A DNA stretch of 64,000 bases, taken from assembly GCA_040391825.1 (NCBI GenBank), contig JBEBXA010000002.1, forward strand, positions 5,097-69,096. The letters run 5' to 3'. This document shows, one piece after another, positions 32,939 through 41,556 of this stretch; within the stretch, counting starts at the first letter, position 1; the number at the start of each line of letters is the position of its first letter. The notes beneath the pieces are model-generated. The model made no database searches. It saw only the letters and a program-made list of their open reading frames with translations, and was not told where the DNA came from. Made by a program: the position numbers and the translations under genes. The stretch comes from Pigmentiphaga sp. GTDB lineage: Bacteria > Pseudomonadota > Gammaproteobacteria > Burkholderiales > Burkholderiaceae_B.

Positions 32939-33763
32939 GTGAGTACCGCGAACACTGCGCTACCCTGGTCCTTGCAACACATCGATTTCGACCGAATCAT
33001 TCCTGAGCGGGTTCGCGATGACGAAACGCTATTTTTCGTGCTGTGCAGCGCATCGTTCGTAGAAAGCGGCTCCGACGTCTATACCCGAAACCTGGTCAGT
33101 TATTATCACGACGATCCCGATTTGTCGCGGTGGCTGAACGAACACTGGGAGCCAGAGGAATTACAGCACGGCAGGGCCTTGCGTGCCTATGTCGAGCGGA
33201 TCTGGCCCGAATTCGACTGGAGCAGTGCATTCCATCATTTTTTCGAGGAATACTCGAAACGTTGCACCGTTGCAGAATTCGAAGCCACACAAGCCCTGGA
33301 ATTGGCTGCACGCTGTGTCGTCGAAATGGGTACCGCCACGCTCTACCGCAGTCTGGCGCGATATGCCTCTGAGCCGATATTGCACGAAATTGCCGAACAC
33401 ATACGCAGCGACGAAATTCGCCACTACAAATACTTCTATCAATATTTCCTGCAGTACAACCAAAGAGAAGGCAATAACCGCCTGATCGTTCTGGGTGCGC
33501 TCGTGCGTCGCCTGCTGGAAATTCGCAACGATGATTCCGAATGCGCGGTTCGCCACGTCATGGCCTTTCGCGATCCAAGCCGGGCCCACGACAAGCAGTG
33601 CTTGCAGGACATCAATGCCCAAACCCGGCACCTTATCCGGCGTAATGTCTCTGCCGACATGAGCGTAAAAATGTTCATCAAGCCGCTTAACCTGTCGCCA
33701 GGTCTCAGCACGGCAATGCAGTATCCGCTGCGCAAAGTGGTGCAATACGCCTTCTTGCGTTAG
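32939..33763 (+). CDS. Ferritin-like diiron-carboxylate protein
   Basis: GTG after AGGAG. FVESGS, EELQHG, VVEMGT and DEIRHY give the E / ExxH / E / ExxH pattern. Confidence 0.85.
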   Translation: MSTANTALPWSLQHIDFDRIIPERVRDDETLFFVLCSASFVESGSDVYTRNLVSYYHDDPDLSRWLNEHWEPEELQHGRALRAYVERIWPEFDWSSAFHHFFEEYSKRCTVAEFEATQALELAARCVVEMGTATLYRSLARYASEPILHEIAEHIRSDEIRHYKYFYQYFLQYNQREGNNRLIVLGALVRRLLEIRNDDSECAVRHVMAFRDPSRAHDKQCLQDINAQTRHLIRRNVSADMSVKMFIKPLNLSPGLSTAMQYPLRKVVQYAFLR

Positions 33764-33820
33764 CGTCGGGGTTCCTTCGCCAGAACGAACTCCGGCAGAA
33801 CGCTTTCCTCGGCAAGCAGT

Positions 33821-34087
33821 TCAATCAGCGGTCGTTTTCCCCACGGTTTCCGCGTAGCGGCCTTCCAGGTAATTAAGGACTTCGGCAGCCCGGTGTTCAG
33901 GCCAATCCCAAACGCTGGCCCAGGGCGCACCAGCCATCATGGCAAAATCACGTTTGAAACCGACAATGACCGCGCGCCGGGCGGCATAGCCCAAGCGTGC
34001 TTCACGCGCACTGATCAAGGCATCGAGCGAACGCTCAATATGCTCCCTAAGGCCGGGGTCGGCGCCAATCGTTCGTGGTATCGGCAT
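33821..34087 (-). CDS. Small hypothetical protein
   Basis: 88 aa from ATG 34085-34087; helical, protein-like composition; fits between neighbouring genes without overlap. Confidence 0.5.
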   Translation of the reverse strand: MPIPRTIGADPGLREHIERSLDALISAREARLGYAARRAVIVGFKRDFAMMAGAPWASVWDWPEHRAAEVLNYLEGRYAETVGKTTAD

Positions 34088-34209
34088 GACGTCACGTTTG
34101 GAAATAGAAATGATGGGATGGTGTCGGGCTGCTAGCGCGGGCTCCCAGCCCGCGGCCTTCTTGCCGGCCTGGCAAGGCAGGCCGGCCGAAAGCGTCGAAA
34201 GCGCCAGGA

Positions 34210-34509
34210 TCATTTACGGCCCCGGAGCGACCACCAGGTAGAAGGCTTCACCGCCTCGCCGGTGACAGGGTCCAAATAGAGCTTGATCTTGGCGCCATTG
34301 CGGTCATAACCTTCCACCTCCCAGCAACCATCATCGGCTTCCACTTCACGCACTTCATAGCCCAATGCTTCGGCTTTGCGGACCGCTTCGTCAATCGCGA
34401 TCCATCGTTCGCGCGGCTGGTAAGCGCATTTATCAGCCGCGTTAGCAGCCGAAACAGCAGTCGTGCAAGCTAGTGCAATAATCAGAGCGAAAGTCTTACG
34501 CATGTTCAT
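34210..34509 (-). CDS. Secreted PepSY-domain protein
   Basis: Signal peptide; GYEVREVEADDGCWEVEGYDRNG..LYLDPVTGE. Confidence 0.9.
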   Translation of the reverse strand: MNMRKTFALIIALACTTAVSAANAADKCAYQPRERWIAIDEAVRKAEALGYEVREVEADDGCWEVEGYDRNGAKIKLYLDPVTGEAVKPSTWWSLRGRK

Positions 34510-34579
34510 ATCCTCATCAAACCGTGGTCAATGGCTTGCACAATATCAACTTGGCGCTTTTTCTCGCTGACTGCTGTTG

Positions 34580-34595
34580 TCAGCGTTTTATCAGC
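34580..34595. promoter_or_regulatory. Direct repeat, candidate binding site of the adjacent response regulator
   Basis: TCAGC-N6-TCAGC (11-bp period) between the divergent PepSY genes. Confidence 0.5.
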
Positions 34596-34635
34596 CTGAG
34601 CCTGTTAGTGTCGCTTCATGTTTGCACAATCCCTT

Positions 34636-34953
34636 ATGTCCCGATTACTGCCCAGCCTTGCCATGACGCTGCTGGCAGCCGTCCTGGCCGCAGCCTCTGG
34701 CAGCGTCGGTGCTCGCGACCATTGCAAGAAAGATCAGGATTGCGCGCGCGAAGCGCTGGCCCACGGAGAGATCCGTCCGCTATCCGCCGTGCTACGCGCA
34801 GTGCGAGAAAAAGTACCGGGCGATATCATTGAAATCGAACTGGATCGTGACCACGGCATTTGGATCTATGAAGTCAAGGTGCTACCACCCAGCGGACGCC
34901 GCAAGAAACTCGACATTGACGCGCGCACGCTTGAAATCCTGAAGATCGATTGA
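34636..34953 (+). CDS. Secreted PepSY-domain protein
   Basis: Signal peptide; GEIRPLSAVL, GDIIEIELD, YEVKVL, IDARTLEIL. Confidence 0.88.
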   Translation: MSRLLPSLAMTLLAAVLAAASGSVGARDHCKKDQDCAREALAHGEIRPLSAVLRAVREKVPGDIIEIELDRDHGIWIYEVKVLPPSGRRKKLDIDARTLEILKID

Positions 34954-34954
34954 T

Positions 34955-35620
34955 ATGCGCATATTGCTTGTTGAAGACGAACCTCGAATCGCGGCGGACT
35001 TGCGCGCTGGACTTGAACGCGCGCAATACGCAGTCGATCACGTTGCAGACGGCGAAACGGCCTGGTTTCAGGCTGGCACCGAAGATTACGATGCCGTCAT
35101 CCTGGACTTGGGCCTACCCAAATTGGATGGCCTGTCCGTACTCAAGCGATTACGCGCATCCGACATCATCACGCCTGTCCTGATATTGACTGCACGCGAT
35201 GGCTGGCGCGACAAGGTCGAAGGCATCGATGCCGGCGCCGACGACTATCTGAGCAAGCCATTCCAGATGGAAGAGCTGATGGCCCGTTTACGAGCCATCA
35301 CCCGGCGTGCGGCAGGCCAGGCTTCCGCCATTCTTCGAGCCGGCGCGGTTGAAGTCGACACTCGCACCCGTGTGGTAACGGTGCAGGGCAATGCGCTGAC
35401 CTTGTCCTCTCTTGAATACCGATTGCTGTGCTACCTCTTGCACCACAGCGGCAAGGTGCTGTCGCAAGGCGAGCTGATCGAGCACATCTATTCCGGTGAT
35501 AGCGACCGCGACACCAACGCGATCGAGGCGCTGGTGGCGCGGCTACGCCGCAAGTTGGGTATAGAGCTGATCGAAACCCGCCGGGGTCACGGCTACGTGA
35601 TACCTGACAACGCGGCATGA
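34955..35620 (+). CDS. OmpR-family response regulator (QseB/BqsR-like)
   Basis: MRILLVEDE, ILDLGLPKLDG, GADDYLSKPF, IETRRGHGY. Confidence 0.95.
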   Translation: MRILLVEDEPRIAADLRAGLERAQYAVDHVADGETAWFQAGTEDYDAVILDLGLPKLDGLSVLKRLRASDIITPVLILTARDGWRDKVEGIDAGADDYLSKPFQMEELMARLRAITRRAAGQASAILRAGAVEVDTRTRVVTVQGNALTLSSLEYRLLCYLLHHSGKVLSQGELIEHIYSGDSDRDTNAIEALVARLRRKLGIELIETRRGHGYVIPDNAA

Positions 35621-36987
35621 GCCGGCATTCGCTGCAATTGCGCCTGGGGCTGGCTGCGGGTCTGCTTATTACCCTCGCGCTCGCATTGGCGGGAGCAGGT
35701 TTGACCCTGCTATTCGATCGGCAGATGGAACGGCGCGCTGGCGCCGAGCTGCGACTGACGCTGAAGTCGCTCGCCGCCCAGTTACGCGTCGATGCTCAAG
35801 GTACGCTACATCTGGACGGCGAACTGGTCGAACCCCGTTTTTCCCAACCGTACAGTGGACTGTATTGGCAAATAAGCGCCGATAACGGCGCGCTTCTACG
35901 ATCCCGCTCCCTTTGGGACGAAGCCTTGGACGATAAGCCCTCGGCATTAGCCCCCTACCCTGCAACCTCGTCTTTGCCCGGCCCGGAAAACAGTCGCGTG
36001 CTGGTCCTGTCCCGAACGGTGGTAATCGGCGGCGCGGATGCTGAACGCGAGGCCCGTATCACCGTTGGCATGGACCACGCCGACTTGCGCCTTGAGCGCC
36101 GCTCCTTTCTGAATTTGCTGATCCCATCACTGCTTGCGCTCTGCCTTTTGCTCACTCTCGCCATGGCAGGCTTCCTGCGGCTGGCGCTACACCCCTTCAG
36201 GGTGCTGCGCGCCAGCCTCAACGCGGTGCATTCCGGCCGGGCACGGCGGCTGGACCGGGCAGTGCCTGACGAAGTTCGACCCGTGGTCGACGACCTCAAT
36301 CGGCTGCTTGCCTTTCAGGATGCCGCCATCGAACGCGCCCAGACGCAGGCGGGCGATTTGGCGCACGGGCTGAAGACACCCTTGACCATCCTGGGAGCCA
36401 TGGCGCGCCAGGCTCAAACACAGGGCCAACAGGCGCTGGGCCAGGATCTACAAGAACAAATAGCATCGATGCAACGTCACGTGGAACGCGTATTGGCTCG
36501 GGCGCGCGCCGGCTTGACCGCGGCGGTAGGAAAGCAATCTACGAATGTCGCCGAGGTGGTCAACAAAACCCTCAGCGCGATTCAGACTTTGCCCGACGCC
36601 CAGAAGCTGGACTGGGAAACGGAAATTCACCCCGACTTGCACTTCTCCGGCGATACAGGCGACCTGACCGAACTGCTCGGCAACATCATGGACAACGCCC
36701 GGAAATGGGCGCGCTACCGCGTGCGCATCAGCACCGAAATCGCAGGCGAAGACGACTTCATCCTGATCATCGAAGATGACGGTCCAGGCCTACCCGCAGA
36801 CGAAGCGCTTCGGATCGAACGCGGGCGACGCTGGGACGAATCGCGGCCGGGAACGGGGTTCGGGCTCGCCATTGCCCGTGATCTGGTCGAAGCTTATCGC
36901 GGCAACATCGGGTTCTCGAAGTCGGCACAACTAGGGGGGTTGAGCGTAGCGATGACTCTGCCGCAAACGCAAGGGCATACAAACTAA
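35617..36987 (+). CDS. Sensor histidine kinase (QseC/BqsS-like)
   Basis: Two TM segments; EPRFSQPYSGLYWQI periplasmic motif; LAHGLKTPL H-box; GNIMDNARKW, EDDGPG, GTGFGLAI. Confidence 0.93.
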   Translation: MSRHSLQLRLGLAAGLLITLALALAGAGLTLLFDRQMERRAGAELRLTLKSLAAQLRVDAQGTLHLDGELVEPRFSQPYSGLYWQISADNGALLRSRSLWDEALDDKPSALAPYPATSSLPGPENSRVLVLSRTVVIGGADAEREARITVGMDHADLRLERRSFLNLLIPSLLALCLLLTLAMAGFLRLALHPFRVLRASLNAVHSGRARRLDRAVPDEVRPVVDDLNRLLAFQDAAIERAQTQAGDLAHGLKTPLTILGAMARQAQTQGQQALGQDLQEQIASMQRHVERVLARARAGLTAAVGKQSTNVAEVVNKTLSAIQTLPDAQKLDWETEIHPDLHFSGDTGDLTELLGNIMDNARKWARYRVRISTEIAGEDDFILIIEDDGPGLPADEALRIERGRRWDESRPGTGFGLAIARDLVEAYRGNIGFSKSAQLGGLSVAMTLPQTQGHTN

Positions 36988-38144
36988 GCCAGCGCCTGAC
37001 TCAACGACGTAGACAGCCATGCTTCGCCATCCGCCGTACTTCCCCCCAAACGCAATTGCATGATCAGGGCAGCGAGCTCGCTTTGGTTGCGGGTGCCGGT
37101 TTTCGAGAAAACAGATTTCAATTGGCTACGCGCGGTCTCGACCGACACCCCCAGCTGATCGGCAGCGGCGGGCAGTTGATGGACCCGAGCTAAGGCTTCC
37201 AACAAACGCAACTCGGCGGCCGTCAGGCGAAACAGATCGCTCAACACTTGACGCGCGGGCAGTGGACTCCACCCTGCGCGCTGAATCAAAAGCATCACAT
37301 TGCCCGGACCGTCGGCCACATGTCGATTCGGCTCTCGCAAGGGTAGCGCTAGCAAGTATTCCCCTGCACTGGTGGCGGTGGCTGGCAAATAAAAACCAGT
37401 GCTACGCGCAACTGCGTGTACACCCGAAGCACGATCAAGCAAGGCTCGAACATTGGTTTGGATATCCGGTGCGCGCTTTCCGGCCAAAGGGCAATCAGGC
37501 TGCGCCAGCCAGTGATGGCCTGCGCTATTGGCCATGATCAAATTGCGGCTGAAATCCAGGACCAGTACAGGAAAACCCAAGGCGTTCAGCACTTGGTTTC
37601 CAAGCGCCAAAGAACTTTCAACTTTATCCAACTGGAGCCTGAGCTTGGCTACCCGCTGCAAGTGCGGCATCAAGTGATGAATCAGTTGTTCCTGCTCCGC
37701 GTCAAAGCCCCCTCTATCACTGGTCCGCTGAAACGACACCAGGGAGTGCCGGCCCGTTTCGCGCGCAAGGATTGCGCACAACACCGAACCGACACCATGC
37801 TTGCCCAAAAATTCTTGATAAAAGGGCGAACGCTTGATTTCGTTAGCGCCCAGATGACGCTGATCGACGTAGATTTCTCCTGCGGGCAGATGATGCGCGG
37901 CGGCAGGCGTTGGGTCCAACAACTGGAAATCGTTCAGGAAATCTCGCAAAAAATCGGGATGCATCCCTTCCTGATCATTAACTTCAAAGCGTCCATCCAA
38001 GTCATTCCAGATCATGAAGCCACATTGGCTCGCTCCTATTTCCCCTGCCAGCAGGGTCAAAGCCTGGTGCCACGCCTGCCTGGACAGTAGACCATCGTAC
38101 AAAGCCCCTACCAAATGCTCTTCCCGCGAAATTTTCGGCAACAC
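36984..38144 (-). CDS. LuxR-type HTH regulator with N-terminal GAF/PAS-like sensor region
   Basis: C-terminal LFRLTAAELRLLEAL..AADQLGVSVETARSQLKSVFSKTGTRNQSEL; N-terminal LYDG..W..AL..L region and PHLQR motif. Confidence 0.85.
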   Translation of the reverse strand: MLPKISREEHLVGALYDGLLSRQAWHQALTLLAGEIGASQCGFMIWNDLDGRFEVNDQEGMHPDFLRDFLNDFQLLDPTPAAAHHLPAGEIYVDQRHLGANEIKRSPFYQEFLGKHGVGSVLCAILARETGRHSLVSFQRTSDRGGFDAEQEQLIHHLMPHLQRVAKLRLQLDKVESSLALGNQVLNALGFPVLVLDFSRNLIMANSAGHHWLAQPDCPLAGKRAPDIQTNVRALLDRASGVHAVARSTGFYLPATATSAGEYLLALPLREPNRHVADGPGNVMLLIQRAGWSPLPARQVLSDLFRLTAAELRLLEALARVHQLPAAADQLGVSVETARSQLKSVFSKTGTRNQSELAALIMQLRLGGSTADGEAWLSTSLSQALA

Positions 38145-38277
38145 GGTTTCCTGTCGATCTTATTGATTTTTATGGAAAAAATGCGGTTTGGAAGCCGCCA
38201 CAACACTTTCACTGTCCACGCAGAACAGACGTCCTGCACATTCTCATGCCATGGCGGAAAGCGTAACGACGAAGTTC

Positions 38278-38299
38278 GCATCCCCCAATCGGGTGATGC
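38278..38299. promoter_or_regulatory. 22-bp inverted repeat between the LuxR-type regulator and the lipoprotein gene
   Basis: GCATCCCCC-AATC-GGGTGATGC pairs at 8 of 9 positions. Confidence 0.5.
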
Positions 38300-38385
38300 C
38301 CGATTGACAGAGCAATGTAATACTCGCTCACATTTTAAAAATCGAGCTCGGCAACTCCAACGGTCGCGCTGATATAAGGAACGCA

Positions 38386-39333
38386 ATGAAATTCATGATG
38401 AAAGCAAGTGCAGGGGCTGTCGCTTTAGCACTACTCGCCGCTTGCGGCGGTGGAGACGGTGACGGCGGTAGCAGCGGAGGCGGAGGCGACGCCAAGCTCA
38501 GCCAGGAACAAGTCGTATGGCTCGGTCATGAAAGCGCCTTCATCGGCACCGGCATACCCATGATTGCCAGAAGTCTCGCTGATGCCGCACTGAGCTTCCT
38601 CGACGAGGAAAGTCCTGCCGCTCAAAAAAATTGCGATCCCTTGAATGGAGAAACAGGTACAGTCTCCAGAACCTTTGCCGATGTAGACGAAGACGGTCTG
38701 CTCAGCGACGGCGACAAGGTGGAGCTGAATTTTGAGGCTTGCTACGACAGCGACGAAGACATTAGCCTGAACGGTCCGGTGACTGTCACGTTCGGTGGTT
38801 TAACCGGAGATATATTTGACTCATCAGTTGATTCCACAGCGAAGATTTCGTTGCTGATAAACAGCCTGGGACTGGATCAAACAGAAACTCTAAATGGCAC
38901 GATAGAGCTGGATTACTCTTACGATACTAAAGGTACCCTAGGTCGTGACGACGACGTAGAATCGCTAGCAGTTACCTCTGATAAAATTGCCATCACAAGC
39001 CAAGAGGACAGCAAGACTTACAGCGTCGACATCACTAATTATTCAAGCGCTGCTACTTGGGGCTACGACCACCTCCTGTATTCTCTGATCAAATACGGAG
39101 TAGCTGGTACCGACGCTCTGCTAGGTAGCTTCAATTATCAGGTAAGCACTTCCGCCCCTGTCACCGAACAAGACGATGGCACCATCACAGATGGCGAGTT
39201 CAAGGCTGTCGGTTCCGGTGAAACCATCACGACCCTCTTCATCACTGCTAGCGGTGGCGAGACCACGGTCAAGATCAGCTCGACCAGCGGCGTCACCGCC
39301 ACGATGGATTACGCGGAGTTCGACAACCTGTAA
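38386..39333 (+). CDS. Hypothetical acidic lipoprotein
   Basis: Lipobox LAAC followed by a Gly/Ser linker; D/E/S/T-rich beta-type sequence; DVDEDGLLSDGD Ca-binding-like loop. AAGGAA lies upstream of ATG 38386. Confidence 0.8.
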   Translation: MKFMMKASAGAVALALLAACGGGDGDGGSSGGGGDAKLSQEQVVWLGHESAFIGTGIPMIARSLADAALSFLDEESPAAQKNCDPLNGETGTVSRTFADVDEDGLLSDGDKVELNFEACYDSDEDISLNGPVTVTFGGLTGDIFDSSVDSTAKISLLINSLGLDQTETLNGTIELDYSYDTKGTLGRDDDVESLAVTSDKIAITSQEDSKTYSVDITNYSSAATWGYDHLLYSLIKYGVAGTDALLGSFNYQVSTSAPVTEQDDGTITDGEFKAVGSGETITTLFITASGGETTVKISSTSGVTATMDYAEFDNL

Positions 39334-39383
39334 GTCCTCTGCAGACACGGCGCGCTACATCGGCCATCGTGTCTTCAAGAACT

Positions 39384-39415
39384 AAAACGCCGCTGGAAAA
39401 TCCAGCGGCGTTTTT
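39384..39415. terminator. Bidirectional terminator
   Basis: AAAACGCCGCTGGA-aaa-TCCAGCGGCGTTTTT. Confidence 0.85.
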
Positions 39416-39519
39416 ACGCGCTTACGGCCTGACCAGCGGCTCTGTGCCATCACCAGATCTCCAAGACGGCAGCCTTCCACGAGGACTGGCTGCCTTTTCG
39501 AGACAAAGACCTGTATCGA

Positions 39520-41187
39520 TTACTTCAACGCCTTGTAGCGGAAACGCTTGGGCTTGGCGCCCTCCTCACCCAGACGGCGCTTCTTGTCGGCCTCGTATTC
39601 CTGATAGTTGCCATCGAAGAAGACGACTTGCGAGTCGCCTTCAAAAGCCAGGATATGGGTAGCAATACGGTCCAGGAACCAGCGGTCATGGCTAATCACC
39701 ATCACGCTGCCGGGGAACTCCAACAAAGCATCTTCCAGGGCGCGCAGGGTTTCCACGTCCAGATCGTTGGAGGGTTCGTCAAGCAGCAACAGATTGCCGC
39801 CCGCCAACAAGGTCTTGGCCAGATGCAGGCGGCCGCGCTCACCACCCGACAAATTGCCGACGATCTTGTTTTGGTCTCCACCCTTGAAGTTGAAACGTCC
39901 CAGGTAAGCACGCGCGGGCATTTCGAAACGGCCCACCGTCAAGATGTCAGCGCCATCGGCCACCGCGTCAAACACGGTCTTGCCATCTTCCAGCGCGTCT
40001 CGCATCTGCTCGACATAGGCCGTTTTCACGGTTGAACCCACTGCCACTTCACCGCTGTCAGGCTGCTCTTTACCGGAGATCATGCGGAACAGGGTCGACT
40101 TACCCGCACCGTTGGGGCCGATAATGCCCACGATGGCTCCGGGCGGCACCTTGAAGTTCAGGTCATCGATCAACAAGCGCTCGCCATAGCCCTTACTGAC
40201 CCCCTTGAATTCGATCACTTCATTACCCAGACGCTCGGCCACGGGAATAAAAATTTCCGAGGTCTCGTTGCGCTTCTGGTATTCGTGCGAACTCAGTTCT
40301 TCAAAACGGGCAATACGCGACTTGGACTTCGCCTGACGCGCCTTGGGGTTCTGGCGCACCCATTCAAGTTCCTTGCGTATGGTTTTCTGGCGCGCCGACT
40401 CATTGGCTTCTTCCTGCTTCAGGCGCGCTTCTTTTTGTTCCAGCCAGGAACTATAGTTGCCCTTCCAGGGGATGCCGTGGCCACGATCCAATTCCAGTAT
40501 CCACTCAGCCGCGTTATCCAAAAAGTAGCGATCGTGGGTAACCGCAACCACCGTTCCGGGAAATTTCTGCAGGAACACTTCCAGCCAGTCCACACTTTCT
40601 GCGTCCAGGTGGTTGGTGGGTTCGTCCAGCAATAGCATGTCGGGCTTGGACAGCAGCAAGCGGCACAGGGCTACGCGACGCTTTTCACCGCCGGAAAGAT
40701 GCTCGACCTTGGCTTCCCAGGGGGGCAAGCGCAAAGCATCCGCAGCAATTTCCAGTTGATGCTCGACGTCGCCACCGCTGCTTCCCGCCGCAATGATCGC
40801 TTCCAGATCAGCTTGCTCGGTTGCCAGCGCATCGAAGTCGGCGTCGGGTTCGGCATAGGCTGCGTACACTTCGTCCAGGCGTTTCTTGGCGCCGAACACA
40901 GCGCCCAAGCCTTCTTCCACCGCCTCACGCACTGTATGCTCGGGATTCAACTGCGGCTCTTGCGGCAGATAACCTATATTCAGATTGGGCATCGGCTGGG
41001 CTTCGCCCTCGATGTCCTTGTCGACACCTGCCATGATCTTCAGCAGCGTAGACTTGCCCGAGCCGTTCAGGCCAAGCACGCCTATCTTGGCTCCGGGGAA
41101 AAACGACAGGGAAATATCGCGCAGGATGTGCCGCTTGGGCGGCACGATCTTGCCAACGCGATTCATGGTGTAGACGTATTGGGCCAT
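39520..41187 (-). CDS. ettA: Energy-dependent translational throttle ABC-F ATPase
   Basis: MAQYVYTMNRVGKIVPPKR, two ABC cassettes, ELEWVRQNPKARQAKSKSR linker. Confidence 0.97.
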   Translation of the reverse strand: MAQYVYTMNRVGKIVPPKRHILRDISLSFFPGAKIGVLGLNGSGKSTLLKIMAGVDKDIEGEAQPMPNLNIGYLPQEPQLNPEHTVREAVEEGLGAVFGAKKRLDEVYAAYAEPDADFDALATEQADLEAIIAAGSSGGDVEHQLEIAADALRLPPWEAKVEHLSGGEKRRVALCRLLLSKPDMLLLDEPTNHLDAESVDWLEVFLQKFPGTVVAVTHDRYFLDNAAEWILELDRGHGIPWKGNYSSWLEQKEARLKQEEANESARQKTIRKELEWVRQNPKARQAKSKSRIARFEELSSHEYQKRNETSEIFIPVAERLGNEVIEFKGVSKGYGERLLIDDLNFKVPPGAIVGIIGPNGAGKSTLFRMISGKEQPDSGEVAVGSTVKTAYVEQMRDALEDGKTVFDAVADGADILTVGRFEMPARAYLGRFNFKGGDQNKIVGNLSGGERGRLHLAKTLLAGGNLLLLDEPSNDLDVETLRALEDALLEFPGSVMVISHDRWFLDRIATHILAFEGDSQVVFFDGNYQEYEADKKRRLGEEGAKPKRFRYKALK

Positions 41188-41556
41188 GTATGAATAAAGA
41201 AAAAATAAAACGGTGAATGAAGCAAATCATTCGCCAGGGCGGCCCGCAAGACTGCACACGGGCCATGAACAGGCCACCCATGGTGGCCCGCCGCTCAAGC
41301 CGCTAGTCTAGCTTGATACCTGCCTGCTTGATGATGTCGCGATTACTGTCTGACTCCGCCTGGCGGGTAGGCAACGACTATGCGCACCGGTTTTTGCCGA
41401 GCAGCCCCGGGGAACATACAAGCCCCCCTTTCAGGAAGGGAGTCTGGCTCACGCTATTGTAGGACGCTCAGCCCTCTCCCGGCTTTCGGGTACAGCAACG
41501 GGCTGCCGGCTCCTTGGTATGCTATTAGCACGACTCACTTGCTTATCGCCGCCGCC

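Noticed and set aside
38304-38336. Sigma70 promoter from TTGACA at 38304
   Set aside because: There is no acceptable -10 hexamer at 16-18 bp spacing.
41380-41556. Long N-terminal extensions in the ORF track (ggt; also hyuB 61902, DLH 51490, folA 51289, AraC 49175, kinase 21996)
   Set aside because: The extensions are non-homologous-looking, and downstream starts coincide with the family N-termini, several with a clear RBS or a coupled stop-start overlap.
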